From Geobacter metallireducens GS-15 (lineage in GTDB: Bacteria; Desulfobacterota; Desulfuromonadia; Geobacterales; Geobacteraceae), in assembly GCF_000012925.1 (NCBI RefSeq), contig NC_007517.1:1350001-1382000 (forward strand): a stretch of DNA of 32,000 nt, in the 5' to 3' direction. The notes under the pieces are model-generated. The model saw nothing but the letters and a program-made list of their open reading frames with translations. It was not told the origin of the DNA and searched no databases. How positions within the stretch are numbered: the stretch's first letter is position 1; the number at the start of each line of letters is the position of its first letter. The position numbers and the translations under genes are program-made. Below, one piece after another: positions 1 through 7,649 of this stretch.

Positions 1-632
1 TTGACGGTGCCGTTTTGTTCGTACACATAGTACGCCGATAGCCATACTTTCTTCTTCCCCAGGTTGAACTCAATCGCCTGGGATCTGGAGTTGGCGGGTT
101 TGGCTCCCACGCCTCCCGTTCTTTTCATCCCCGCAATGGTGACGACCAGCCCTATCCGGTAGCCGTAGCTGAGGCACAGCGCCGCATTCGCTTCCAGCCA
201 GTGGCGGTCTCCATTGGAGATATAAAAGCCTTTATCATCTCCCCGGCGGTCGCCTTCCTCCAATTCCACCGAATAGACATCGCTGACGGATTTATAGACA
301 TGGGTGTGGTAGTCCCCGAGATATTCGAGGTTCGGCCAGAAGGCTCCCATGATGTCCGCCTTTAGTTTCATGGCATTGGTATTCGGCGTCACTGACCGTT
401 TGTTTCTTTTTGCCGATGTATCCACATTGGCAATCTCGATCTGGTAGAGAATCCTGTTGTCCTTCAACGGCACCTGGTAGCCGAACAGGGCGCCGCACGT
501 CTCCAGATGGGGTGTTTTCCGTTCATGTTCAACGGAATAGGCTTCGAGTCCGTTCAGGATGAGCGTTATGAGGGCATGCTCGGACAGGCGTACCACATAA
601 CCTGTTTTTTTCTGCAGATGTGCTGTATCCAA
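1..632 (-). CDS. JAB/MPN (JAMM-type) metalloprotease-like protein; C-terminus lies beyond the window edge; absent from the supplied ORF track
   Basis: Hand translation of the minus strand from TTG at 632-630 stays open to position 1. An in-frame TGA lies 15 nt upstream and gcgaggta lies just 5' of the TTG. Sequence: LDTAHLQKKTGYVVRLSEHALITLILNGLEAYSVEHERKTPHLETCGALFGYQV...LEYLGDYHTHVYKSVSDVYSVELEEGDRRGDDKGFYISNGDRHWLEANAAL... The order E-x-CG-x-L-x-G, then HxH, then SxxD matches the JAMM zinc-site motifs, but the HxH-to-SxxD spacer is unusually long. The ORF is not listed because it has no stop inside the window. Confidence 0.55.
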   Translation of the reverse strand, partial: MDTAHLQKKTGYVVRLSEHALITLILNGLEAYSVEHERKTPHLETCGALFGYQVPLKDNRILYQIEIANVDTSAKRNKRSVTPNTNAMKLKADIMGAFWPNLEYLGDYHTHVYKSVSDVYSVELEEGDRRGDDKGFYISNGDRHWLEANAALCLSYGYRIGLVVTIAGMKRTGGVGAKPANSRSQAIEFNLGKKKVWLSAYYVYEQNGTV

Positions 633-690
633 GGATACCTCGCGTCAGGATTCAGAGATTTTTCGTTCTCGTTATTGGCGAAAATGCGGG

Positions 691-1155
691 CTACTCCCGA
701 TCATCTTGCCGGGCGAGCAGGGTTTCGAGCATCGTCTGGAGTTCGGCAATGGCGATATTCTGAGCGGCGAGGTTCTCCAACACTTCCTTGACCTCCACTT
801 CCGCCTTGAGATTGACCTCGTAATCGTTGTGGGCCTCGATCCGGTCGCGAGCCGCCTGCCGGTTCTGGCTCATCATGATCATTGGCGCCGTATAGGCTGC
901 CTGGAGGGACAGGACAAGGTTCATCAGGATGAACGGATACGGATCCCAGTGTCGGACCCAGGCGGTAACGTTGAGCAGCGCCCAGAGGGTAAGGAGCACA
1001 GACTGCCCGATGATGAATTCCCATGAGCCGACCCTGGCGGCGATCCAGTCCGCCGCCTTTTGGCCTATGGTCAGCTGTTCCGTGATGACTTCGTTGACGT
1101 TTTTGACCGGCGCGTGTTCATGTTTGTATGGCGCAGGGAATGTTGGTCTTTTCAT
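691..1155 (-). CDS. DUF1003-family membrane protein
   Basis: Two TM segments and the motif PYPFILMNLVLSLQAAYTAPMIMMSQNRQAARDRIEAHNDYEVNLKAE are typical of DUF1003. The start is moved to the ATG of MKRPTF (1155), which follows GAGAGAGGTG. The longest ORF starts at 1188. Confidence 0.8.
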   Translation of the reverse strand: MKRPTFPAPYKHEHAPVKNVNEVITEQLTIGQKAADWIAARVGSWEFIIGQSVLLTLWALLNVTAWVRHWDPYPFILMNLVLSLQAAYTAPMIMMSQNRQAARDRIEAHNDYEVNLKAEVEVKEVLENLAAQNIAIAELQTMLETLLARQDDRE

Positions 1156-1195
1156 GGGGGCACCTCTCTCTTCCCTTCGGCTATTCAACGTTTCT

Positions 1196-1915
1196 CTACT
1201 GCATTAAATGAACGAGCACCGGCAGCAGCAAAGCGGTAAACAACCCGTTCAGCGCCATGGCCAGGGCCGAAAACGCACCGGCCATCCTGCTCTTCTGAAT
1301 GGCATGGGCGGTGCCGATGCCGTGTGAGGCGACTCCCAGAGCCATGCCGCGGGCGTTGTCGTCCTTGATCCTCAGCAGGTTCAGTATGAAGTCGCCGCCA
1401 ACGGCTCCGGTAATTCCGGTCAGAACGACCACCACGGCGGTTAACGACGGCAAACCGCCGATCTGTTCGGAAATTCCCATGGCGATCGGTGTCGTAACCG
1501 ATTTCGGAGCCACACTCAAAAGGATGATTGTTTCTCCCCCCAGCGCCCAGACAATGCCGACCGCGCTGATGATGGCCGCTACGGAGCCCACTGCCAGGGT
1601 GATGAGAATCGGGATAAAGGACTTTCGGATTACTTCCATCTCCCGATAGAGCGGTATTGCCAGGGCGACCGTTGCCGGACCGAGCAGAAAGTGAATGAAC
1701 TGGGCTCCCCGGAAATAGGTCTGATAATCGATGCCGCTCACCTTGAGCAGCACAACGAGCAGGATGATGGCGGTCAGCACCGGATTCAGCAAAGGAGGGC
1801 AGTCGAGCCTCCGAAAGACCCACGTGCCGATCTGGTACGCGATCAGGGTCAACGTCAGCCACAACAGGGGAGAGGTCGACAGGTACACCCATACCTGCTG
1901 CATTTCAGCGCTCAT
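1196..1915 (-). CDS. lrgB: LrgB/CidB-family membrane protein
   Basis: Polytopic membrane protein (PLLWLTLTLIAYQIGTWVF..., GPATVALAIPLY, SVTTPIAMGISE). The start ATG at 1915-1913 overlaps the lrgA stop (ATGA on the minus strand). The longer ORF to 2032 overlaps lrgA and is rejected. Confidence 0.85.
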   Translation of the reverse strand: MSAEMQQVWVYLSTSPLLWLTLTLIAYQIGTWVFRRLDCPPLLNPVLTAIILLVVLLKVSGIDYQTYFRGAQFIHFLLGPATVALAIPLYREMEVIRKSFIPILITLAVGSVAAIISAVGIVWALGGETIILLSVAPKSVTTPIAMGISEQIGGLPSLTAVVVVLTGITGAVGGDFILNLLRIKDDNARGMALGVASHGIGTAHAIQKSRMAGAFSALAMALNGLFTALLLPVLVHLMQ

Positions 1916-2280
1916 TGCCGGGTCTCCTCGTGTGCACAGGCGAGTCGGCGGTTCAGGAATTTCATGACCAGACCGGTTACCCCGATTGTCGCAAGGGTGC
2001 CGACGATGATGGCGCCGAATAGCGGAGCCCATGACTTCATCAGAAGATCGAGATGGGTGATGACGCCTACCCCGGCAGGGACGAAAAGCAGGGCCAGGTA
2101 ACGCAGCAGGAATCCGCCGACGGTTTCCACCTCGCTGGGCATACGCCGAGGGAAAAAGACCAGGCCGCAGAAAAGGAGAACCATCCCGATTACCGGACCA
2201 GGCACGGGAATCCTGGTCAGCCGGGTTATGATCTCTCCGATCAGCTGGCAGATGAGAATGAGGGTTAGAGAGCCAAGCAT
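1912..2280 (-). CDS. lrgA: LrgA/CidA-family holin-like membrane protein
   Basis: 122 aa with 4 TM segments (ICQLIGEIITRLTRIPVPGPVIGMVLLF). It lies directly upstream of lrgB and is translationally coupled to it. GGAG sits 4 nt before the ATG. Confidence 0.85.
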   Translation of the reverse strand: MLGSLTLILICQLIGEIITRLTRIPVPGPVIGMVLLFCGLVFFPRRMPSEVETVGGFLLRYLALLFVPAGVGVITHLDLLMKSWAPLFGAIIVGTLATIGVTGLVMKFLNRRLACAHEETRQ

Positions 2281-2331
2281 AAAACTCCTTTTTTCTTCAT
2301 AAGCATGAAGTCTCCGAAATCATAGGCCCGG

Positions 2332-3135
2332 TCACGTTTGACAGCGGGGGCAGAAGACCGTGCTCCGGTTGCCGAGCCGGATCTCCTCCAGCGCCCCGCC
2401 GCAGCGGGTGCAGGCGTCAGTGCCCCGCCCATAAACATCGAAATTCAGCGGATGGTAGGCGACCGTCTCTTCCTCCACCCGGTAGGTGCTCCCCTGATCA
2501 ATGGACTCCTGCAGCACCTCCCGGACGGTGCGGGCCAGCCGCTCGCATTCAGGGCGGCCGAGGGAGGAAGCGGGCCGGTCGGGACGGATGCCGGCGCGGA
2601 ACAGGGCCTCGTTGGCGTAGATGTTGCCGACTCCGGCAACAATGGCCGCGTTCATGAGGAGCTGTTTCACCGCGACCCGGCGCGTCCGGGTCACCGCGAA
2701 GAGATAGGCGCCGTCAAAGGTGGCGGTCAGCGGTTCCGGGCCGATTGCGGCCAGGAGCGGATGCGTTGCGGGGGCATCCGTGGTCCAGGCCACGGTGCCG
2801 AACTTTCGCGGGTCGTGGAAACGGAGCACCGTGCCATCGGCAAAGACGATGTCCAGGTGGTCGTGTTTGCCCGGGGGCGCCGTCCCGGCAACCAGACGGA
2901 GAAAGCCGGTCATCCCCAGATGGACGATGAGCCACCCCGTTTCACAGTCAAACAGCAGGTACTTGCCCCGTCGTCCCACGGATCGCACCGTCCGCCCCGG
3001 CAGGGAAACGTGCAGCTCCTGGGGGATCGGAAAACGGAGCTTCGGCGTCCGCACCACCACTCGGTCGATCCTCTTGCCGGTCAGTTCCCGCTCCAGCCTG
3101 CGGCGGGTCAGTTCTACCTCGGGGAGTTCAGGCAC
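2332..3135 (-). CDS. mutM: Formamidopyrimidine-DNA glycosylase (Fpg/MutM)
   Basis: PELPEVELTRRRLE at the N-terminus, H2TH region, and a C-terminal zinc finger CTRCGG...VFCPRCQ. Fpg needs Pro as the first residue after Met removal, so the start is placed at GTG 3135-3133. That GTG directly precedes PELPEV and has GGAGAA 5 nt upstream. The track's 3180 start is not used. Confidence 0.92.
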   Translation of the reverse strand: MPELPEVELTRRRLERELTGKRIDRVVVRTPKLRFPIPQELHVSLPGRTVRSVGRRGKYLLFDCETGWLIVHLGMTGFLRLVAGTAPPGKHDHLDIVFADGTVLRFHDPRKFGTVAWTTDAPATHPLLAAIGPEPLTATFDGAYLFAVTRTRRVAVKQLLMNAAIVAGVGNIYANEALFRAGIRPDRPASSLGRPECERLARTVREVLQESIDQGSTYRVEEETVAYHPLNFDVYGRGTDACTRCGGALEEIRLGNRSTVFCPRCQT

Positions 3136-3178
3136 GGTAATTCTCCAGTGGGGTGATTGCTCATGGTTTGCCAACGTC

Positions 3179-3208
3179 AAAAGGCGCAGCAGCCTGCCTG
3201 CTGCCGCC
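3179..3208 (-). terminator. Rho-independent terminator downstream of the 212-aa gene
   Basis: The minus strand reads GGCGGCAGCAG-gcagg-CTGCTGCGCC followed by TTTTGA. It lies 16 nt after the stop at 3224. Confidence 0.6.
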
Positions 3209-3223
3209 GCAAGTTGGATCTTG

Positions 3224-3862
3224 TCAAAACATATCAGGGAATATCTCGCGAAGAGTCATTAATAATTCATGTGCAATTTGTCTCATACATGCCAGTTCAG
3301 TACGGCCTTCAAATGCTTTCTCGATATTTCCGTCCCCGAACACCCAGCCGAGCGAGTTGTTACGTGAAAGGTCCATGTAAGCTTCTTCTAGTTCTGGATC
3401 TACATGTGCCCCACCGTCTGTGTCGGCAACATTCAAGATCAGGTCGCGCCTATTGAATACTCGACCTTGCTGATCTTTCAAGACGGGTTCGTTCCACCAC
3501 TCTACTAATGTGACTTTTCTAGGAGGAAAAGGGCCACCACCTGCAGATATTTGCGGGATATATTTTCCGCCGTTTGACGAGGCGTGCAGTACAATAAGAT
3601 TGCACTCGCTAAGGAGGTTTTTGGGATTAATAGGGCCAGCACTGTCATAGTACTTAACGTCACGAAGACCAAGTTGCTCAAGCAAGGCTCTAGACTGGCC
3701 ATAGTGATGCAATAGAACTCGTAGGCTCAAAGCTATGTGCTTTCCAATCGCTTCGAGGCCAGAATCGTACTTTTCACACGCATGCTGCAGAAGTGTTATT
3801 TGATCCCGCAATTCCTGTTTCAGGTCCTCTTTTGACCGCTGAACTCGTTTCTTTTTTGCCAA
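3224..3862 (-). CDS. Hypothetical protein (212 aa) in a low-GC islet; no family recognised
   Basis: Clean ORF with a TTG start preceded by AGGAGA plus a 5-nt spacer, and its own terminator. Sample 60-nt lines count 37-47 % GC, against about 63 % in mutM. There are no TM segments. The N-terminus is basic and helical (MAKKKRVQRSKEDLKQELRDQ) and the C-terminal half contains ADTDGGAHVDPELEEAY. Confidence 0.7.
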   Translation of the reverse strand: MAKKKRVQRSKEDLKQELRDQITLLQHACEKYDSGLEAIGKHIALSLRVLLHHYGQSRALLEQLGLRDVKYYDSAGPINPKNLLSECNLIVLHASSNGGKYIPQISAGGGPFPPRKVTLVEWWNEPVLKDQQGRVFNRRDLILNVADTDGGAHVDPELEEAYMDLSRNNSLGWVFGDGNIEKAFEGRTELACMRQIAHELLMTLREIFPDMF

Positions 3863-4198
3863 AATATTCTCCTATAACGTCTTGATTCAACTCATTATTA
3901 AGCAGATCCGGCCATCTCCCTCGTTCACTTGAACCGCTAAAGTGAAATTCACAACAACAATTTTGCAGCTATCTGTTTTGTCGATGATTGTGGAAAGCAG
4001 AAATGTTCCGTTTGGTCTGTTGAGCAGTTTCTGCTGATCATCCCAACAGAGCGATGCTGCCGGAAGAGGCCCATGCAAGAGTTTTCCCATTTGACTCGGC
4101 ACTATATGACGGCCTTTTTTTCATGTCAAAGGCGAATATTCAAGGGAGAACAGGGGGGAACAGCGGGTTTGGAAACATTTTTCAGGAATGCCGGATAC

Positions 4199-4231
4199 CA
4201 CGTGCCCCTCCCGAAAAGGCAGGGGCACGTG
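4199..4231 (-). terminator. Stable 11-bp hairpin downstream of the GlsB/YeaQ-like gene (possible terminator, no U-tract)
   Basis: CACGTGCCCCT-cccgaaaaggc-AGGGGCACGTG, 21 nt beyond the stop at 4252. No T-run follows on either strand. Confidence 0.35.
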
Positions 4232-4251
4232 ACACAGGTCTGACTGGTCAG

Positions 4252-4491
4252 TCAACGTTTGATCAGGCGGAGCACGAACAGCAGGACGATGGCGCCTACC
4301 GTCGCGGTGACGAGCTGGCCCAGCATCCCGTAGGCGGAGAGGCCGAGCAGCCCGAACAGGAACCCGCCGAGAAGTGCACCGATGACACCGACGATGAGGT
4401 CTCCGGCGAGGCCGAACCCCCCACCTCTCATGAGCTGGCCAGCCAGCCAGCCGGCGGCTATTCCGATCAGCAGAAACCAGAGTATGCTCAT
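4252..4491 (-). CDS. GlsB/YeaQ/YmgE-family (transglycosylase-associated) small membrane protein
   Basis: 79 aa, Gly-rich, 3 TM segments: MSILWFLLIGIAAGWLAGQLMRGGGFGLAGDLIVGVIGALLGGFLFGLLG. This pattern is typical for the family. Confidence 0.85.
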   Translation of the reverse strand: MSILWFLLIGIAAGWLAGQLMRGGGFGLAGDLIVGVIGALLGGFLFGLLGLSAYGMLGQLVTATVGAIVLLFVLRLIKR

Positions 4492-4542
4492 TGTTCTTCC
4501 TCCTGGCGAACGCCGTCCCCTCAGGCTACGGGCGAGTCGGTG

Positions 4543-5832
4543 CTACCGCCCCAGCCCCGCCAGATAGGCCGCCAGGAATTCGTCCCATGCGGTCTTCTTG
4601 GTGAAGTCCAGGGTCTTGTAGAGGGGCGAGAGCTTCCTCTTGGGGAAGTAGATGGAGATCCCCCCGGAGTTGTCCACGCCCGTTCCCTTGTACCCGGCGG
4701 CAACGATGGCAGCGGCGGCGGCATCCTTGACCTTGGCGCAGGCGGTTTTGACCGCCGGGCTGGCGACCCCTTTGCCGATCAGGTCGCAGAGATCGAGGAG
4801 GTCGCAGTAGTCGTCATAGGGGCGGCTGTACTCCTGCACCTGTGACCGGGCGTTGATGAGGGCGGTGCGGGCGGCGGTGTCGCCCAGGATTCCCGTCAGG
4901 GCCTTTGCCATGCCGTCCACGGCCGTGGCGAGGGGGTTGAGCGCCAAGAGCTTCATGGCCGACTGGGTGACGTTTTCAGTGGCCTTGTAGGAGGCCAGGT
5001 ACTGGGCGACGATGGTTTTCGAGAGTTCTTCCGGGGTCATGGCCGGCTTGGCGGCCAGGGCCTTGAGGATGCGGTCGTAGGGCCACCCGTCGCCGGGCTC
5101 GGTCTCTTCGGAACCGACGCTGTAGTCGGCCACGTCGCGCATCTGGTAGGCTACCTCGGCCATGCTCATGAGGCAGGCATCCATGCCGACGATGTCGATC
5201 TTTCTCTTGAGTTTCTTCTTGATGGCGGTCAGCACCCTTTTCAGCTCGATGTTGTCGAGGAAGTCCTGGGCCTGGTCGTCGAAGGCGATTCCCCGCTGCT
5301 TGATGGCGGCTTCCACCGTGGTGCTGAAGAGGGCGCGGCGGGCACGCCTGATGCCGGCCCGGGCCTGTGCCAGGGGAATCGCCTTGGCTCCGGCGGTTGC
5401 CCCGCGGGTGGCAACGGGCTGGGCCTTGCGGGAGACGGGGGGCGCGGCCCCGCTGAAGACATCCCCCTGGTAGAGGTTGGCATCGTCCCACCCGGCGCCG
5501 TGGTTCCAGAGGACCAGCAGGTAGTGGTCGGCCGGGTAGTTGGCGACCCCCCAGGTGACGAAATCCTCCAGCACCTTCGGGTCTCCCATGTTGGTCTCCC
5601 CGAGGGACTGCACCGCATCCTTGGCCAAGGGGGTCCCCTGTTTCAGACAGTAGCGGATGGTTGCCTGCTTGGCACCGGCCCGGTCGAACTGGGCAAGGAC
5701 GGCGATCTTGTCGGTCGTCCCCACCGTCTTCATCTCCTTCAGGTCCACTACGCCGGCGCTGTCCAGGTTGTTGTCGCCGGCGAGATAGACCATGATGGTC
5801 CAGTTTCTTTGGGTATTCGCTTTCGTGGGCAT
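4543..5832 (-). CDS. Clostripain-like (peptidase family C11) cysteine peptidase, no signal peptide
   Basis: WTIMVYLAGDNNL, a His-Gly dyad context LVLWNHGAGW, and a catalytic Cys context IVGMDACLMSMAEV. The start is placed at the ATG of MPTKANT (5832) behind GAGGAGGA. The longest ORF starts at 5877. Confidence 0.8.
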   Translation of the reverse strand: MPTKANTQRNWTIMVYLAGDNNLDSAGVVDLKEMKTVGTTDKIAVLAQFDRAGAKQATIRYCLKQGTPLAKDAVQSLGETNMGDPKVLEDFVTWGVANYPADHYLLVLWNHGAGWDDANLYQGDVFSGAAPPVSRKAQPVATRGATAGAKAIPLAQARAGIRRARRALFSTTVEAAIKQRGIAFDDQAQDFLDNIELKRVLTAIKKKLKRKIDIVGMDACLMSMAEVAYQMRDVADYSVGSEETEPGDGWPYDRILKALAAKPAMTPEELSKTIVAQYLASYKATENVTQSAMKLLALNPLATAVDGMAKALTGILGDTAARTALINARSQVQEYSRPYDDYCDLLDLCDLIGKGVASPAVKTACAKVKDAAAAAIVAAGYKGTGVDNSGGISIYFPKRKLSPLYKTLDFTKKTAWDEFLAAYLAGLGR

Positions 5833-6218
5833 GGTGTCCTCCTCATGGTTGTGATTGGCAGCGAGTTGTCCGTTCATTGGGGAAATTTATGGTTTGTTAG
5901 AGTATAGCCGCCATGGGCGCAGCGACAAGGGAAGAGGGTGAAATTACATCAGTTGCTTCGGCTGCCTCCCCGTTTGACACGTGGCTGTTTCGAAGTACTA
6001 TTGGGTGGTGTTAAGCCGGATCGCTGAAGCTTCCCCAAACGACAATAGGGCCGGCTTCAGCGGGAATGGGAATTGTTTGTGGATTGGGGCTGATTTTTGC
6101 CGATCGTTTCTTTGGGAAGGAGGTGGATCAACGACAGAGTGAAGGTGAGCTGACCTGCCAGGCGGTGAGGATGCACCGTTGGCGGTCCGGAAATTCGAAC
6201 CCACAAGGAGGACCAGGG

Positions 6219-7580
6219 ATGGTTACAACGAGACTGTTGGCTGCGGCAGCGACTCTGCTTCTCACCGCCGGAGGTGCGGCGGCGGGGACATCGGAATTGA
6301 CGTGCAAGGAAGCGGTAGGGAAGAAGATATTCTTCGACCAGAGGCTTTCCGTGAACAAAAACCAGGCGTGTGCCGCGTGCCACGCTCCGGAGGTCGGCTG
6401 GACCGGCCCCGACCAGGAGATCAACAAGCATGGCGCGGTCTATGAAGGATCAATAGCAGGACAGTTCGGCAACCGCAAGCCCCCCAGCTCGGCCTATGCC
6501 ACAACGAGCCCCTTCTTCCGGCTGGTGAACGTTTCCGACGCGGCGTTTGCGGGCGGAAACTTCTGGGACGGCAGGGCCACCGGCGCGAAACTGGGAAACC
6601 CGGCCGCCGACCAGGCCCAGGGGCCGTTCCTGAACCCGAAGGAGCAGGCCCTTCCTGATGCCGCATGCGTGGTGTACCGGGTGTGCAATTCACCGGACTA
6701 CGGCATGCTTTTCCAGCAGGTCTGGCCCGGTGCGTGCGATATCGACTGGCCAACCACCATCGATTTCGAGAGCGCCTGTTCAAATCCGTCCCAGGGGCCA
6801 TTCAGCCTGGATGCCATGACGAGGGCGAAGGTTGATGTGGCGTACAACGACGTCGCATACGCCATTGCTGCTTTCGAGGATTCCAAAGAAGTGAACGCCT
6901 TTTCGTCCAAGTACGACCAGTACCTGAAAGGGAAGGCCGGGCTGTCGGACAAGGAAAAATGGGGTCTCGCTCTCTTCAACGGCAAGGGAAAGTGCGCCAA
7001 TTGCCACATAAGCACCGTGGAACGGAAATGCGCCAGCGGCATTGATTGCGCCGCGTCACGATGCCCCGACGTTGCCGATGACTGCGGGAAGTCGAGCCCC
7101 CTCTTCACGGATTACACCTTCGACAACCTGGGAGTTCCGAAAAATCCGGAGAACCCGTTCTACGGCCAGCCTGAAGGCGGATCGGGCTGGATCGATCCGG
7201 GGCTGGGCGGCTTCCTCAATAGCCGCATGGATTTCGCCATGTACGCCGACAAGAACTACGGGAAGCACAAAGTGCCGACCCTGCGGAACGTGGACAAACG
7301 TCCCTATCCGATGTTCGTCAAGGATTACGGCCATAACGGCTACTTCAAGAGCCTGAAGGAGATTGTCCACTTCTACAACACCAGGGACAAGTTTCCCACC
7401 TGCAACCCGGGTGACCCCGGGGAGAAAATGACCTGCTGGCCGGCTCCGGAAGTGTCTGACAACGTGAACAAGACCGAATTGGGAAATCTCGGCCTGAGCG
7501 ACATGGAAGAGGACGCCATCGTCGCGTTCATGAAGACCCTCTCGGACGGTTACCGGCATTCTAATCAAGACTCTCAGTGA
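6219..7580 (+). CDS. Di-haem cytochrome c peroxidase (CCP/MauG family), secreted
   Basis: Two CxxCH sites (CAACH near 6380, CANCH at 6993-7007) plus the FWDGRATG and VPTLRNV motifs. The signal peptide MVTTRLLAAAATLLLTAGGAAAG starts at ATG 6219 behind GGAGGA. The track's 6066 start would add a non-secretory leader. Confidence 0.85.
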   Translation: MVTTRLLAAAATLLLTAGGAAAGTSELTCKEAVGKKIFFDQRLSVNKNQACAACHAPEVGWTGPDQEINKHGAVYEGSIAGQFGNRKPPSSAYATTSPFFRLVNVSDAAFAGGNFWDGRATGAKLGNPAADQAQGPFLNPKEQALPDAACVVYRVCNSPDYGMLFQQVWPGACDIDWPTTIDFESACSNPSQGPFSLDAMTRAKVDVAYNDVAYAIAAFEDSKEVNAFSSKYDQYLKGKAGLSDKEKWGLALFNGKGKCANCHISTVERKCASGIDCAASRCPDVADDCGKSSPLFTDYTFDNLGVPKNPENPFYGQPEGGSGWIDPGLGGFLNSRMDFAMYADKNYGKHKVPTLRNVDKRPYPMFVKDYGHNGYFKSLKEIVHFYNTRDKFPTCNPGDPGEKMTCWPAPEVSDNVNKTELGNLGLSDMEEDAIVAFMKTLSDGYRHSNQDSQ

Positions 7581-7592
7581 GCGATTCTGCAA

Positions 7593-7637
7593 CCGACGTG
7601 GAGTCCCTGTCGGGGCTCCACGTCGGCGCATTTTTTA
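7593..7637 (+). terminator. Rho-independent terminator of the peroxidase gene
   Basis: CCGACGTGGAG-tccctgtcgggg-CTCCACGTCGG followed by cgcaTTTTTT. Confidence 0.8.
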
Positions 7638-7649
7638 CCACTGGCTCCC

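Noticed and set aside
2281-2331. CTTCATaagcATGAAG hairpin between mutM and lrgA as a mutM terminator
   Set aside because: On the minus strand the hairpin is followed by an A-run rather than a U-tract. The A-rich GGAG segment instead serves as the lrgA ribosome-binding region.
3887-4102. 71-aa minus-strand ORF upstream of the 212-aa islet gene
   Set aside because: It has no convincing RBS or start and no recognisable motif, and it spans the GC transition. It could be a gene remnant or a 5' leader. I keep it only as a note inside the islet finding.
3222-4130. TGTCAAA 7-mer at both edges of the low-GC islet (3222-3228 and 4124-4130) as possible target-site duplication
   Set aside because: A 7-bp match across 900 bp of AT-rich DNA is expected by chance. 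The left copy overlaps the coding end, and no integrase, transposase or terminal inverted repeats are present.
6185-6205. tRNA T-loop-like string (GGGTTCGAAT on the minus strand) upstream of the peroxidase gene
   Set aside because: The flanking 5-mers cannot form a T-stem, and no acceptor or anticodon arms can be built. It is not a tRNA or a recognisable tRNA fragment.
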